Of a DNA stretch of 53,862 nt, positions 44,201 to 53,030 are shown piece after piece. The position numbers and the translations under genes were made by a program. Position 1 is the first letter of the stretch; the number at the start of each line of letters is the position of its first letter. The notes beneath the pieces were generated by a model. The model was not told the origin of the DNA. It ran no database searches and worked only from the letters and a program-made list of their open reading frames with translations. The stretch is from an uncultured Candidatus Saccharibacteria bacterium (GTDB lineage Bacteria > Patescibacteriota > Saccharimonadia > CAILAD01 > GCA-016700035). Location: the NCBI GenBank assembly GCA_964432055.1, contig CAYSMD010000002.1, positions 1 to 53,862 of the forward strand, in the 5' to 3' direction.

Positions 44201-45570
44201 CTTTTTAGGTGGGTGTCTAAGTAGGACTTGAGCTCACTAATCTTAATGCGCTCCTGCGACATCGTGTCTCGATCTCGTACGGTTACCGACTGATCATCAA
44301 GTGAATCAAAGTCAACCGTTACGCAATATGGAGTACCGATTTCATCTTGGCGTCGATAGCGACGGCCAATCGACTGAGTCTCATCATATTCAACGCGGTA
44401 GTTACCGGCGACACTCGCAAATACCTCATGAGCAAGCTTCGAAAGCTCCGGCTTCTTCGAGAGTGGGAGGATAGCAACTTTAACAGGGGCAATTTCTTTG
44501 GTGAATTTTAAAACCACACGAGTTTCGTCACCCACCTGCTCTTCGTGATAAGCATCACATAGTACTGCTAGGGCAATCCTGCCTAAACCAAATGTCGGTT
44601 CGATAACATACGGAATAAGGTGCTGCTTCGTTTCTTCATCAAAATACGAAAGCTCTTTTCCTGAAAATTTGGCGTGCTGGCTCAAATCGTAATTCGTGCG
44701 ATTCGCGATTCCAGTAATTTCCTTAGTGCCAAACGGAAAATCAAACTCGAGATCAACGGTGCGGTCAGAATAGTGCGCTCGACCATCGACTGGGTGCTCA
44801 TATTCATGCACATGCTCGGCACGGACACCAATGCTTGCAAGCCAAGCCTTCTGCGTCTTCAGCCAGTCCTCAAAGTGCTGAGGTGCCTCGTCAGGCCTGC
44901 AGAAATACTCGAACTCCATGATCTCAAGCTCACGAACACGAAATATGAACTCACCCGGGGTGAGCTCATTACGGAAGCTTTTCCCGATTTGGGCAATCCC
45001 AAATGGCAACCGCTGTCGAGATGTATCGAGAACATTTTTGAAGTTGGTAAAGATACCGCCAGCAGTCTCGGGCCGCAAATACGTCGTCGCAGCCTCTTCT
45101 TCAACCGCCCCAACCTTCGTTGTAAACATCAAGTTAAACATTCGCGGCTCAGTGAGCTCATTGCCATCCGGACTCTTCTTGCCAGCCAAAGCAGCTTTGA
45201 GCTTCTCAAGGTCTGTCGTGTCGATACCCGCCAAGTGATCAGCTCGATAACGCTTCTTCGTCACTTTATCATCAACCATTGGGTCGACAAATTCTTCAAC
45301 GTGCCCACTCGCCTTCCAGAGCGTCGGATTCTGAATGATCGCCGAATCAAGCCCGACCATATCGGGTCGGCGATAGACAAACTCACGCCACCAACTCGCC
45401 TTGATATTATTAACGAGCTCTACACCAAGCGGACCATAATCCCAAAAGCCAGCTAAACCGCCGTAGATTTCGCTGGCTTGAAAGACAAACCCACGTCGCT
45501 TCGCAAAACCTGTGAGCTCTTCTAAAGAAAGTTGTGGCTGGGATTCTGGCTGAGTCATACTGTCGGACAT
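44197..45570 (-). CDS. glyQS: glycyl-tRNA synthetase (alpha2 dimeric type)
   Basis: KRRGFVFQASEIYGGLAGFWDYGPLG, FRNE, and the C-terminal anticodon-binding domain. Confidence 0.95.
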   Translation of the reverse strand: MSDSMTQPESQPQLSLEELTGFAKRRGFVFQASEIYGGLAGFWDYGPLGVELVNNIKASWWREFVYRRPDMVGLDSAIIQNPTLWKASGHVEEFVDPMVDDKVTKKRYRADHLAGIDTTDLEKLKAALAGKKSPDGNELTEPRMFNLMFTTKVGAVEEEAATTYLRPETAGGIFTNFKNVLDTSRQRLPFGIAQIGKSFRNELTPGEFIFRVRELEIMEFEYFCRPDEAPQHFEDWLKTQKAWLASIGVRAEHVHEYEHPVDGRAHYSDRTVDLEFDFPFGTKEITGIANRTNYDLSQHAKFSGKELSYFDEETKQHLIPYVIEPTFGLGRIALAVLCDAYHEEQVGDETRVVLKFTKEIAPVKVAILPLSKKPELSKLAHEVFASVAGNYRVEYDETQSIGRRYRRQDEIGTPYCVTVDFDSLDDQSVTVRDRDTMSQERIKISELKSYLDTHLKS

Positions 45571-45600
45571 TATATCAGATATGACAGCGTTTTTTTAGCC

Positions 45601-46302
45601 CTAGGATAGTGTCTGCGAGCGGAGTCGAGGGACTCCTGTTTGGTAGTGCCAGAAATGCTGGATAACTGGCTTGAGTTCAAGAAACGCTTCGTCAGCACCG
45701 GTGATGCGCAAGATCTGCTCGAGCGGAGACGAAGAGCATACTCGCCACAGCTTCCGCGCGGACGCCGAGACTACTTCTCCAGTCTCTAATCCAAACCGAC
45801 CATCTGGCACATTCAAACGCAGGGCGTCGCTCGAAGCTGGAAATTCGGGCGACAAGCCGGCAAGCACCAGATAGTGCGCCAGTGAAGCCACCCAGATGCG
45901 GACAATCTGACCAGGATTCGCCGGATGATCCAAGCCTCGCAACGCAGTAATCAGCCAGTCATACCAGGTCGGTTCGGCCGACGCATCGACGAAACAACGA
46001 TCAGTTAATTCCAATAGAGATTGTGCGCAGACGAGCGCATCATAATCATCCATGATTCCTTGGTAGCTCTCCTGCAAGCGAGCTCCTGTTACCACTGATA
46101 CCGACCTCCCGACAACGCACTCGACACGAATCGTGCTCAGCGGCTCCAGAGCACCAGCCAGCTTCGCACCGGCTCGTCGAACACCTTTCGCTCGCACCCA
46201 CAGACCACCTTGCTCGCGCGAAAAAATGCGAATCAGTCGGTCTGCCTCACCTACTTCTCGCCTCACCAACACAACTGCGTGAAGCGTCGAAGTCTGGCTC
46301 AT
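45601..46302 (-). CDS. recO: DNA repair protein RecO
   Basis: LHAVVLVRREVGEADRLIRIFSREQGGLWVRAKGVRR is the OB-fold N-terminus typical of RecO. Confidence 0.85.
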   Translation of the reverse strand: MSQTSTLHAVVLVRREVGEADRLIRIFSREQGGLWVRAKGVRRAGAKLAGALEPLSTIRVECVVGRSVSVVTGARLQESYQGIMDDYDALVCAQSLLELTDRCFVDASAEPTWYDWLITALRGLDHPANPGQIVRIWVASLAHYLVLAGLSPEFPASSDALRLNVPDGRFGLETGEVVSASARKLWRVCSSSPLEQILRITGADEAFLELKPVIQHFWHYQTGVPRLRSQTLS

Positions 46303-46700
46303 GCGGCGGCTCCGACTAAGTCGGCTACCACCCGCACTACTTCCTCAGGTGTCGTTCGTTGCTTCACAATATATGCCCCTACACCCAGCGACTCTTGCAG
46401 ACTGTGATACAGGCCAACATCTGCCGCTTCAACTACAGTAAGAAATAGCACCGGAGTTTTGTGAGTCGAAGTGAGTGCTCGCAGATCCTTCACGAGTTTT
46501 AAGCCGTTCTTGCCCGGAAGCAGCACTTCACTCACGATACCATCAATGTCTTGGTCTTTGACAACCGCTAAAGCCTCTCGTGCATCCTGCGCGTACACAA
46601 CCTGCGCTCCTGCTTGACTCAGGTAGCGACCATATACCTCTGCAAAAACTCGATCTTCATCGACTAGTAAAAGTGTAAACCCATCCAACATAGCCTTCAT
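46299..46700 (-). CDS. stand-alone receiver-domain protein with Glu at the phospho-acceptor position
   Basis: LLLVDEDR acidic pocket. DGIVSEVLLPGKNG aligns with the canonical DlvllDi.mPg.dG, which places E58 (codon 46527-46529, GAA) where Asp is expected. T (LFLTV) and K (YIVKQ) are retained. The stop overlaps the recO start (ATGA). Confidence 0.8.
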   Translation of the reverse strand: MKAMLDGFTLLLVDEDRVFAEVYGRYLSQAGAQVVYAQDAREALAVVKDQDIDGIVSEVLLPGKNGLKLVKDLRALTSTHKTPVLFLTVVEAADVGLYHSLQESLGVGAYIVKQRTTPEEVVRVVADLVGAAA

Positions 46701-46706
46701 TGTAAC

Positions 46707-47330
46707 TTACGCGGGTCCAAAAGGCAGATGCAGCTGGCGACCGAGCCGGAAGTGCACATAATATGATCCCGACTTGTTGCGCAACTTCAGCTCAGCACGC
46801 TCGAGCTGCTCACCGAGCACAAAACCCTGAAGCGCTTCTTCAGAAACACTACGGATCACTGCCGCTAGTCGATTGTATCGACTAGCAAACCACAGTTGCT
46901 GAGCCCATCCACTCGAATCAAGCTTCATAATCAACTCCCCTTGACGTTGACGATAGCTCACTTTGAGTGAAGCGTTCGGGTCCAGAGATGTCATGATCGC
47001 CTGCAGAAGCTCGAGCTGCCGTAACTCATCACCTACTACGCGGGGCAGCCTCAACTTTCTATCAACTGCTGTCTTAGGTCGCTCAGTCAGCCAAGAGCTA
47101 ATACGCTGCGAGCTGTGAGACTGCATTAACTGAACATCTTGCATATCAATAAGTAAATCTTGCAGCTGCTGCATGATCAACGCATATCGCTGATAACTAA
47201 CCGCAGCACGCGTAATCAGCTGCGGATCCCGAGTTGCAATTGCGGCTTCGAGCGCCGCATATCGGCTACGTAATTGTGCGGAGACATATCCAAGTAGAGC
47301 GCGCCAATGTCGGCGGTCTTCACCATCCAT
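46707..47330 (-). CDS. sensor-less histidine-kinase-like protein with degenerate ATP-binding motifs (tentative)
   Basis: N-terminal RRHWRALLGYVSAQL resembles an H-box. VVGDELRQLELLQAIMTSLDPNASLKV, LDSSGW and QGFVLGEQL...GSYYVHFRL follow the order of the N, G1 and G2 blocks, but the key Asn and Gly residues are lost. Confidence 0.45.
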   Translation of the reverse strand: MDGEDRRHWRALLGYVSAQLRSRYAALEAAIATRDPQLITRAAVSYQRYALIMQQLQDLLIDMQDVQLMQSHSSQRISSWLTERPKTAVDRKLRLPRVVGDELRQLELLQAIMTSLDPNASLKVSYRQRQGELIMKLDSSGWAQQLWFASRYNRLAAVIRSVSEEALQGFVLGEQLERAELKLRNKSGSYYVHFRLGRQLHLPFGPA

Positions 47331-47398
47331 GTAGCCAGCTTACCGATCCCCGCACAGCCCCGCAAGCATGGACTACTATGAAAACTCTTAGCGGAGTC

Positions 47399-48166
47399 CT
47401 AAGGGAGAATGACAGAGTTGAGGATATTACGATAAGCCTCAATGAGCGTGGTATTCGAGTTGTCATCAGTCTGGAAGATGAGCGTCTTATCTAAATATTC
47501 AACGAGAACGAGGGTACCTTCTTTGTCGCGACGATCGAACTTGCCGGTATAGCGAACCGCATCACGATCTGAAATCTTTATATCTTCTCCAGCCGTAACG
47601 CCATTACGCTTTTCTTTTGCTTGTTTGTCATACGAGTCTCTAACCTTCGAGTAGAGCTCGTCTTTGACGGTAAGCCGAAAAGCCTGTTCTTTCGCTAGGG
47701 TGTCGACCTTGTCGGGATGCGCAATCATGATCAAGACATCTTTTCCAGACTTATTTGTAGAGATGCTAAAGCTTTTGGGAATTTGCATCGAGAAACCGCC
47801 CAACTCCTTTGGGGCAGTATAGCCTCGAGTATCACTGAGTCCCTGCCGCGTCGCCTCTTCGGCATCTTTGGCTTTTTGCTCCTCTGATCCTTCCGTATAC
47901 CCTTGGTCGAACTGCTGCTTATTCGCGGCTGTGGCTTGGCCGTACACTACAGCAAAGCCGATGGCGACAAGCACCGCTATCGCCAGTGCACCCATGGTAA
48001 TAAACCAAAGAACTCGAGTACGTTTGTACTTCTCCTCAGTCGTTTTGAGGTTCATGGCAGTTTTCTGCTGCTCGACAGCGGCCACGCCAGAGCCAAAGCC
48101 AGCGGGCGGTGTACTGCCGCTGGAAGGCTCGGTGGGCTTAGGCTGCTGTGGTGTAATCGGTGGCAT
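47399..48166 (-). CDS. membrane-anchored extracytoplasmic protein, unknown function
   Basis: Pro-rich N-terminus, one TM helix (VLWFITMGALAIAVLVAIGFAVVYG), and a roughly 170-aa alpha/beta-looking ectodomain. Confidence 0.55.
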   Translation of the reverse strand: MPPITPQQPKPTEPSSGSTPPAGFGSGVAAVEQQKTAMNLKTTEEKYKRTRVLWFITMGALAIAVLVAIGFAVVYGQATAANKQQFDQGYTEGSEEQKAKDAEEATRQGLSDTRGYTAPKELGGFSMQIPKSFSISTNKSGKDVLIMIAHPDKVDTLAKEQAFRLTVKDELYSKVRDSYDKQAKEKRNGVTAGEDIKISDRDAVRYTGKFDRRDKEGTLVLVEYLDKTLIFQTDDNSNTTLIEAYRNILNSVILP

Positions 48167-48203
48167 CTTCTACTTGGATAACGCTTATGGTAGCTATTGT
48201 ACC

Positions 48204-48734
48204 CTATTTTGCCGTCAAGAGCTGCTCGCCTGGATGCCAATCAATTGGACAAAGACCGCCAGTCTGGAGGGCCTGGACTACTCGGAGGGTTTCGGTGACC
48301 GAACGGCCAACATTTCCATCTGAAACCACAAAGTAACGGATCTTCTGGTCTGGATCAATGACGAAAAGTCCTCGTTCGGCTTCTCCACCCTCTTCATTCA
48401 AAACTTCGTAGGCCTTTGATAGCCGATGAGCAGGATCTTCGGCAATGGCGTATTCAACGTCCTTTAGGTCACGCTCGAACCATGCCTTGTGGCTCTGGAT
48501 CGTATCCGTCGAAGCAGCTAGAACTTCGCAGTTCGCCTTTTGAAAGTCTGCATAGTGCTTTTGAAAGCCTTCGATCTCAGTCGGGCAAACGAAGGTAAAA
48601 TCACGTGGGTAGAAAAAGAGCACCAGCCATTTGCCGGCGTAGTTCTTCAGACTGACTTCACGATAGTCTCCTTCGACACCTTTTTGGTAAGCGGCAGCCG
48701 TAAAATCTGGCGCCTGTTCGTTGAGCTTCAACAT
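48204..48734 (-). CDS. typical 2-Cys peroxiredoxin (AhpC/Prx1 type)
   Basis: FFYPRDFTFVCPTEI (peroxidatic Cys) and the C-terminal GGLCPIDW (resolving Cys). Confidence 0.95.
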   Translation of the reverse strand: MLKLNEQAPDFTAAAYQKGVEGDYREVSLKNYAGKWLVLFFYPRDFTFVCPTEIEGFQKHYADFQKANCEVLAASTDTIQSHKAWFERDLKDVEYAIAEDPAHRLSKAYEVLNEEGGEAERGLFVIDPDQKIRYFVVSDGNVGRSVTETLRVVQALQTGGLCPIDWHPGEQLLTAK

Positions 48735-48775
48735 ATATTTTTCCTCCTTATAAAGAAATTAACTGTGTGTACTAG

Positions 48776-49378
48776 CTACTTGGTAAACTTATCAACCGCC
48801 CACTGAGGGATACGCTCGTTGACTGCCTGCCAATTCACAAGCTTCATAAATTGTGAGACATAATCCTTGCGAGCCGTTGCGTAATCGAGAAAATAGGCGT
48901 GCTCATACACATCAAGCACCAAAAGTGCCCCTGTGTTCCAGACACCCCCTTGATTATGAGCATCACAAATGTAATTCTCAAGCCGCTGATTGTCAAAATC
49001 CCAGGCTAGCACCACCCAGCCCCTTGATGCGAGTCCGAGTGCTGCAAAATCCTCTGCCCATGCAGCAACACTCCCCCACTGCGCTTCGATGAGCTGCTGA
49101 ATTGCGCCTTCACACGACTGCTCCTCTGACGACATGTTTTCAAAGTAGGCTTCATGAAGCTTAATTGCATTGAGGGCAAATACTTTTTCAATATTTATCT
49201 CGCGGATCTCGGCATAGGTTCCGTTCGCACCCTCTGTAGCGGCATCCTTGGCGAGGACTCGCAATTCATTGTACTTTTTCACATAACCTTCATAGAGCTT
49301 GTAGTGCTCCGTAAGTTGTCGCTCGGTGATTCCTGGCAGTTCTTTGTATTGTAATGGCTTGGCCGTTAATTCTGACAT
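48776..49378 (-). CDS. Fe/Mn superoxide dismutase
   Basis: HYKLYEGYV, and DVYEHAYFLDY matching the D-x-W-E-H-A-Y-Y motif. Confidence 0.95.
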   Translation of the reverse strand: MSELTAKPLQYKELPGITERQLTEHYKLYEGYVKKYNELRVLAKDAATEGANGTYAEIREINIEKVFALNAIKLHEAYFENMSSEEQSCEGAIQQLIEAQWGSVAAWAEDFAALGLASRGWVVLAWDFDNQRLENYICDAHNQGGVWNTGALLVLDVYEHAYFLDYATARKDYVSQFMKLVNWQAVNERIPQWAVDKFTK

Positions 49379-49430
49379 ACAACTCCTTGTCTCGGTATTA
49401 TCTCGAAAGAAACCTATTGATTCGTATTAC

Positions 49431-49937
49431 TTATCTTATTTTACCTAAGTCTTCGGGCTCATACAAAAACGCGTTACTTGTAGCTCGGCTTGGCTTAATT
49501 CCCGGAAATTCAAACATATAGGACACCACCCGAGCCTCTGAGCTCATTTCCATTTGTAACTTGCGACGCATTTTCGGCATGTGATGACTGATCAGGAACA
49601 TATAGATCACATCATAGCGACTCATTGACACTGACCAATAGCTACGCAGATAGACATGGGCTCTTGCCCCGAACGGCAGCATCCGAATTTTAGCGATCAA
49701 CCACATAATCGGGTTTACTTCATAGCCGGTCACATGGGCGCCACGCCGCGCCGCCGCGACAAGCACCTTACCGTCTCCACAGCCAAGATCAACGAACTTC
49801 GTTCGCTTCGTAACGCCAGCTAGATCCAAGATGTCATCAAGATCGCGTCGAAAAGCCGGAACCCAAGGTGCACCTAGAAATGCTCCTAAGCCAAAGCTCA
49901 AGATCACAAAACTTGCTATTAGCCAGTAGACGTTCAC
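49431..49937 (-). CDS. class I SAM-dependent methyltransferase with N-terminal TM helix
   Basis: FVDLGCGDGKVLVAAARRGAHVTGYEVNP (motifs I and II). Confidence 0.8.
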   Translation of the reverse strand: MNVYWLIASFVILSFGLGAFLGAPWVPAFRRDLDDILDLAGVTKRTKFVDLGCGDGKVLVAAARRGAHVTGYEVNPIMWLIAKIRMLPFGARAHVYLRSYWSVSMSRYDVIYMFLISHHMPKMRRKLQMEMSSEARVVSYMFEFPGIKPSRATSNAFLYEPEDLGKIR

Positions 49938-49955
49938 GAAGCTCGGCAGATCGAC

Positions 49956-50378
49956 CTAGTCGTTGGCGTGTTCGGCAGCTTCGGCCGCATCGGCTTCTGC
50001 CTTTGTCTTATGAATGGTGCCAGGTGCGTGCTCAGCCGGACTATAGAGTGAATATACTTTCAAATCACTATCACCCTTATTGACGACGTTATGCCACGTA
50101 CCAGCCGGAATCAATGCTGCATGATCTGGCTGCAGCTCGGCGGTTTCACTAACTTCTTCCTGAGTTGCACCGGTGAGGAGCTGGGCGGCCCCGGCCTCAA
50201 CGCGCAAAAACTGATCGACATCGTGGTGTACTTCTAGGCCAATTTCACTCCCTGCTGGAATCGACATTACTGTGAGCTGAGTGTGAGTACCAGTCCAAAG
50301 TGTGGTACGAAAGTTCTGGTTATTCATCGTCTCTTCCTCCATATTGAGGACGTAGACTTGCTTATCATGTTCGGTCAT
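49956..50378 (-). CDS. cupin-domain protein (140 aa)
   Basis: GLEVHHDVDQFLRVEAG...IPAGTWHNVVN (cupin motifs 1 and 2). ATG 50378 has AGGAG upstream. The longer listed ORF runs antisense through tRNA-Trp. Confidence 0.8.
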   Translation of the reverse strand: MTEHDKQVYVLNMEEETMNNQNFRTTLWTGTHTQLTVMSIPAGSEIGLEVHHDVDQFLRVEAGAAQLLTGATQEEVSETAELQPDHAALIPAGTWHNVVNKGDSDLKVYSLYSPAEHAPGTIHKTKAEADAAEAAEHAND

Positions 50379-50483
50379 TTGTAAAACTCCTTTCGCTTCA
50401 CTACCCATTATACCCCTTCCTCCTATCGAATGCAGGCCGTTCCTGGTATAATTAACGCTTGTTTTATAGAATAACAAGCACCG

Positions 50484-50560
50484 AGGGGTGTAGCTCAGTT
50501 GGCTAGAGCGTTGGTCTCCAAAACCAAAGGCCGCGGGTTCGAATCCTGCCACCCCTGCCA
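50484..50560 (+). tRNA. tRNA-Trp (anticodon CCA), CCA end encoded
   Basis: Hand-folded cloverleaf: acceptor AGGGGTG/CACCCCT, D arm GCTC-AGTTGGCTA-GAGC, anticodon arm TTGGT-CTCCAAA-ACCAA, T arm GCGGG-TTCGAAT-CCTGC, then G-CCA. Confidence 0.9.
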
Positions 50561-50638
50561 AATCATCGTCGGATGGTTTTTTTATTACCTTTTTACAAGC
50601 ATGCATCTCCCAAACCCGGTATAATACCAATACTAGTT

Positions 50639-52312
50639 ATGCTCGAAGATCACCAAGTAACCCCGCCAGAGCAACGAGACTTTTCAGGTTCAGGTCTGCT
50701 GCTCGTGCTGGCCATTTCGGCTGCGGTAGTTTTCGATTTCTTTCAGAGTCGTACGTTTACCTCAAGCGTACTCCTCGCGGCCTCGGTAATCCTGGCGCCA
50801 ATCATCCTCTCCGCTTCACACCTTCACCCCGCCTTAAAGCTCGATAAGCACCGAGCACTCATGCTCACGCTCTATCACATAGCCGTGGCAGCACTCGTTA
50901 TCTTCGTAGTCGAGACTCTCTCACCGTATTTGATCGTCTGGGTGATCATCGCTTACCTCAGTGAGTACTACTACCAAGTCCGCGGTGTCGCAATTAGTCT
51001 CGGACTACTCGCCGTAACGATGATCGCGGGTATCTGGCACCAAAATCCGCAGATCACCGTAGAGACGCTGGCCATCGCTCTCGTGTGGTACGTTCTGCTC
51101 TCGACGATTATCCTTATGCTCAGCCGTATTATGCTCGGAAATCGAGAGCAGCGCCGTGATTTATCAAAGAAAATTCTCCACGCTGAGTATGAGCATGAAC
51201 GTATGGTAAATCTTATTAACAGTATGTCCGAGGCAGTGCTCGCCGTTGATGATAAGGGCGTAATTAGTGTCTTCAATGCAGCCGCACTCGACTTGCTCGA
51301 CACAAATGTTGAAATAGCCGGCCAAAATATCAAGCACCTACTCAAGCTCTATGACGCAAACAAGCAGCCAGTCGACCCAATGGCTCTGGCGGCGCAAACA
51401 CGCTACCTAGCTCGACGCTCAGACCTCATACTCCACTTCACTGAAGACGATGCAATTTGCCTCGAGATCGATATTAGTCGCACTGCGCTCAGCTATGCGC
51501 TAGACCAAAAGGCTGGATTTACCTTCATCTTGCGAGACATTACCGAGCAGAAAAGTCTCGATGAGCAGAAGAACATCTTTATCTCTCAGGTGAGCCATGA
51601 GCTTCGCACGCCAATCACCGTCGCCGAAGCAAATATCTCCATGGCACAGCTACTCTTTGCAAAACCAGGCGCTCAGCAAGCCGAGATTGGTACAGCACTC
51701 GATAAGGCTCATCGCCAGGTGATATTCCTCGCCGAGATGGTGAATGACCTCTCGACTCTATCTCGTGCCGAGCGAACTGATAAGCCTATGGAAATAGAAA
51801 CATTTAACGTCGCAGAACTACTACACGAGCTTGGCTCAGAATTTGCCCCACGAGCTGCCGAGAAACACCTGGAATTTAAGGTGATTGCTCCCAACAGTCT
51901 CCCAAAGCTGACCACTTCGCGGCTATACCTTACGGAAATTCTCCAGAACCTTATGACGAACGCGATTAAATACACTCAAGCCGGTCGCGTCACTGTTCAG
52001 GCAACAGTAAAGGATCGCAATGAGCTCATCATTCTCGTAGCCGACACAGGAATCGGCATCGCCAAATCTGAGCAGGACAAGGTCTTTGACAAGTTCTGGC
52101 GCTCTGAGGATCCACTCACGCGGCAAACAAACGGGACTGGCCTGGGGCTTTATATCACCAACCAACTCGCCCGCCGTATCGGTGCTTCTATCGATATGGA
52201 AAGTGAGCTCAAAAAAGGCTCCGTATTCTCCCTGAAGTTACCAATTGTAGCTAATAAACAAGTCGATCAAGAAAAAGTCGTTAAGAATGAAGTCGAAAAT
52301 CTACTAGATTAA
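50639..52312 (+). CDS. sensor histidine kinase (polytopic N-terminus, PAS, HisKA, HATPase_c)
   Basis: H-box FISQVSHELRTPIT, N-box NLMTNAIKYT, G1 DTGIGI, G2 GTGLGLYI. It has the same architecture as the 19324 kinase. Confidence 0.9.
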   Translation: MLEDHQVTPPEQRDFSGSGLLLVLAISAAVVFDFFQSRTFTSSVLLAASVILAPIILSASHLHPALKLDKHRALMLTLYHIAVAALVIFVVETLSPYLIVWVIIAYLSEYYYQVRGVAISLGLLAVTMIAGIWHQNPQITVETLAIALVWYVLLSTIILMLSRIMLGNREQRRDLSKKILHAEYEHERMVNLINSMSEAVLAVDDKGVISVFNAAALDLLDTNVEIAGQNIKHLLKLYDANKQPVDPMALAAQTRYLARRSDLILHFTEDDAICLEIDISRTALSYALDQKAGFTFILRDITEQKSLDEQKNIFISQVSHELRTPITVAEANISMAQLLFAKPGAQQAEIGTALDKAHRQVIFLAEMVNDLSTLSRAERTDKPMEIETFNVAELLHELGSEFAPRAAEKHLEFKVIAPNSLPKLTTSRLYLTEILQNLMTNAIKYTQAGRVTVQATVKDRNELIILVADTGIGIAKSEQDKVFDKFWRSEDPLTRQTNGTGLGLYITNQLARRIGASIDMESELKKGSVFSLKLPIVANKQVDQEKVVKNEVENLLD

Positions 52313-52313
52313 G

Positions 52314-53030
52314 CTATTTCTGCTTAGGTCTTACGAGTAGCGTAGCGAGTAAAAATAGCGCAACCAACACGATGCCCACGAGCATCTGTAATGATTGCGT
52401 CGGGTTAATCGCTCCATATTCGGAAGGGCTGGCCAACGGCACTACGCAAAACGCTGCTCCAACGAGTGTGAAGCCTAACGCCACAATCCGCAGACGCCAT
52501 TTGACTTGCAGATCTTGAGTCCTATTTGATTGACGCAGAAAAGCGTAAGCGAGAAATAGCATGGCTGCATATTCCACAGCTACAAGCACAATAAATGGCG
52601 TACTTACATAGTTGTAGAGTATCAGTACTCCATTCTGCTCAATAAGTTTTGTTGGCTGCCCTGTCAAATCACGAAACGAAATAATCGTAGCCGCAATCGC
52701 AATAATACCGGCCAATGTAACAACAACGCCTCGCCAAAATGGCTTTTTTGAGAAATAGACATGCGCTACGGCTACCCATAGCCAAAATAGCCCTATCTGC
52801 TCAGCGGTAGCTGCAAAGAGACCATATATATTTAGCTGACTACTCTCGGCTGTCCATAAAGTAGGATAAGCAGATAGAAATGTAGTGAGTATATAAAAGA
52901 TTGTTGCGATGCCTAAATAGAGACTGGTTTGATTGCGAGTCTTTCGATATGAACGCATGCTCATATACAAGAAGACAACTAATACTGGCGTGGCGACAAA
53001 TGCGTGGATATAGTTTTGTGGAATATTCAT
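52314..53030 (-). CDS. polytopic (about 7 TM) membrane protein, paralog of the next gene
   Basis: The hydrophobic pattern and LFWLWVAVAHVYF are shared with the neighbour's LFILWVAVARVYL. Confidence 0.6.
   Translation of the reverse strand: MNIPQNYIHAFVATPVLVVFLYMSMRSYRKTRNQTSLYLGIATIFYILTTFLSAYPTLWTAESSQLNIYGLFAATAEQIGLFWLWVAVAHVYFSKKPFWRGVVVTLAGIIAIAATIISFRDLTGQPTKLIEQNGVLILYNYVSTPFIVLVAVEYAAMLFLAYAFLRQSNRTQDLQVKWRLRIVALGFTLVGAAFCVVPLASPSEYGAINPTQSLQMLVGIVLVALFLLATLLVRPKQK

Noticed and set aside
44674-45456. 260-aa plus-strand ORF
   Set aside because: It lies entirely antisense to glyQS, whose translation has unambiguous class-II GlyRS motifs. The antisense product is low-complexity with no recognisable motif, so it is a shadow ORF.
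50379-50630. Upstream extension of the cupin ORF (listed as 49956-50630)
   Set aside because: The extension runs antisense straight through tRNA-Trp (50484-50560). An internal Met with an AGGAG SD gives a normal 140-aa cupin.
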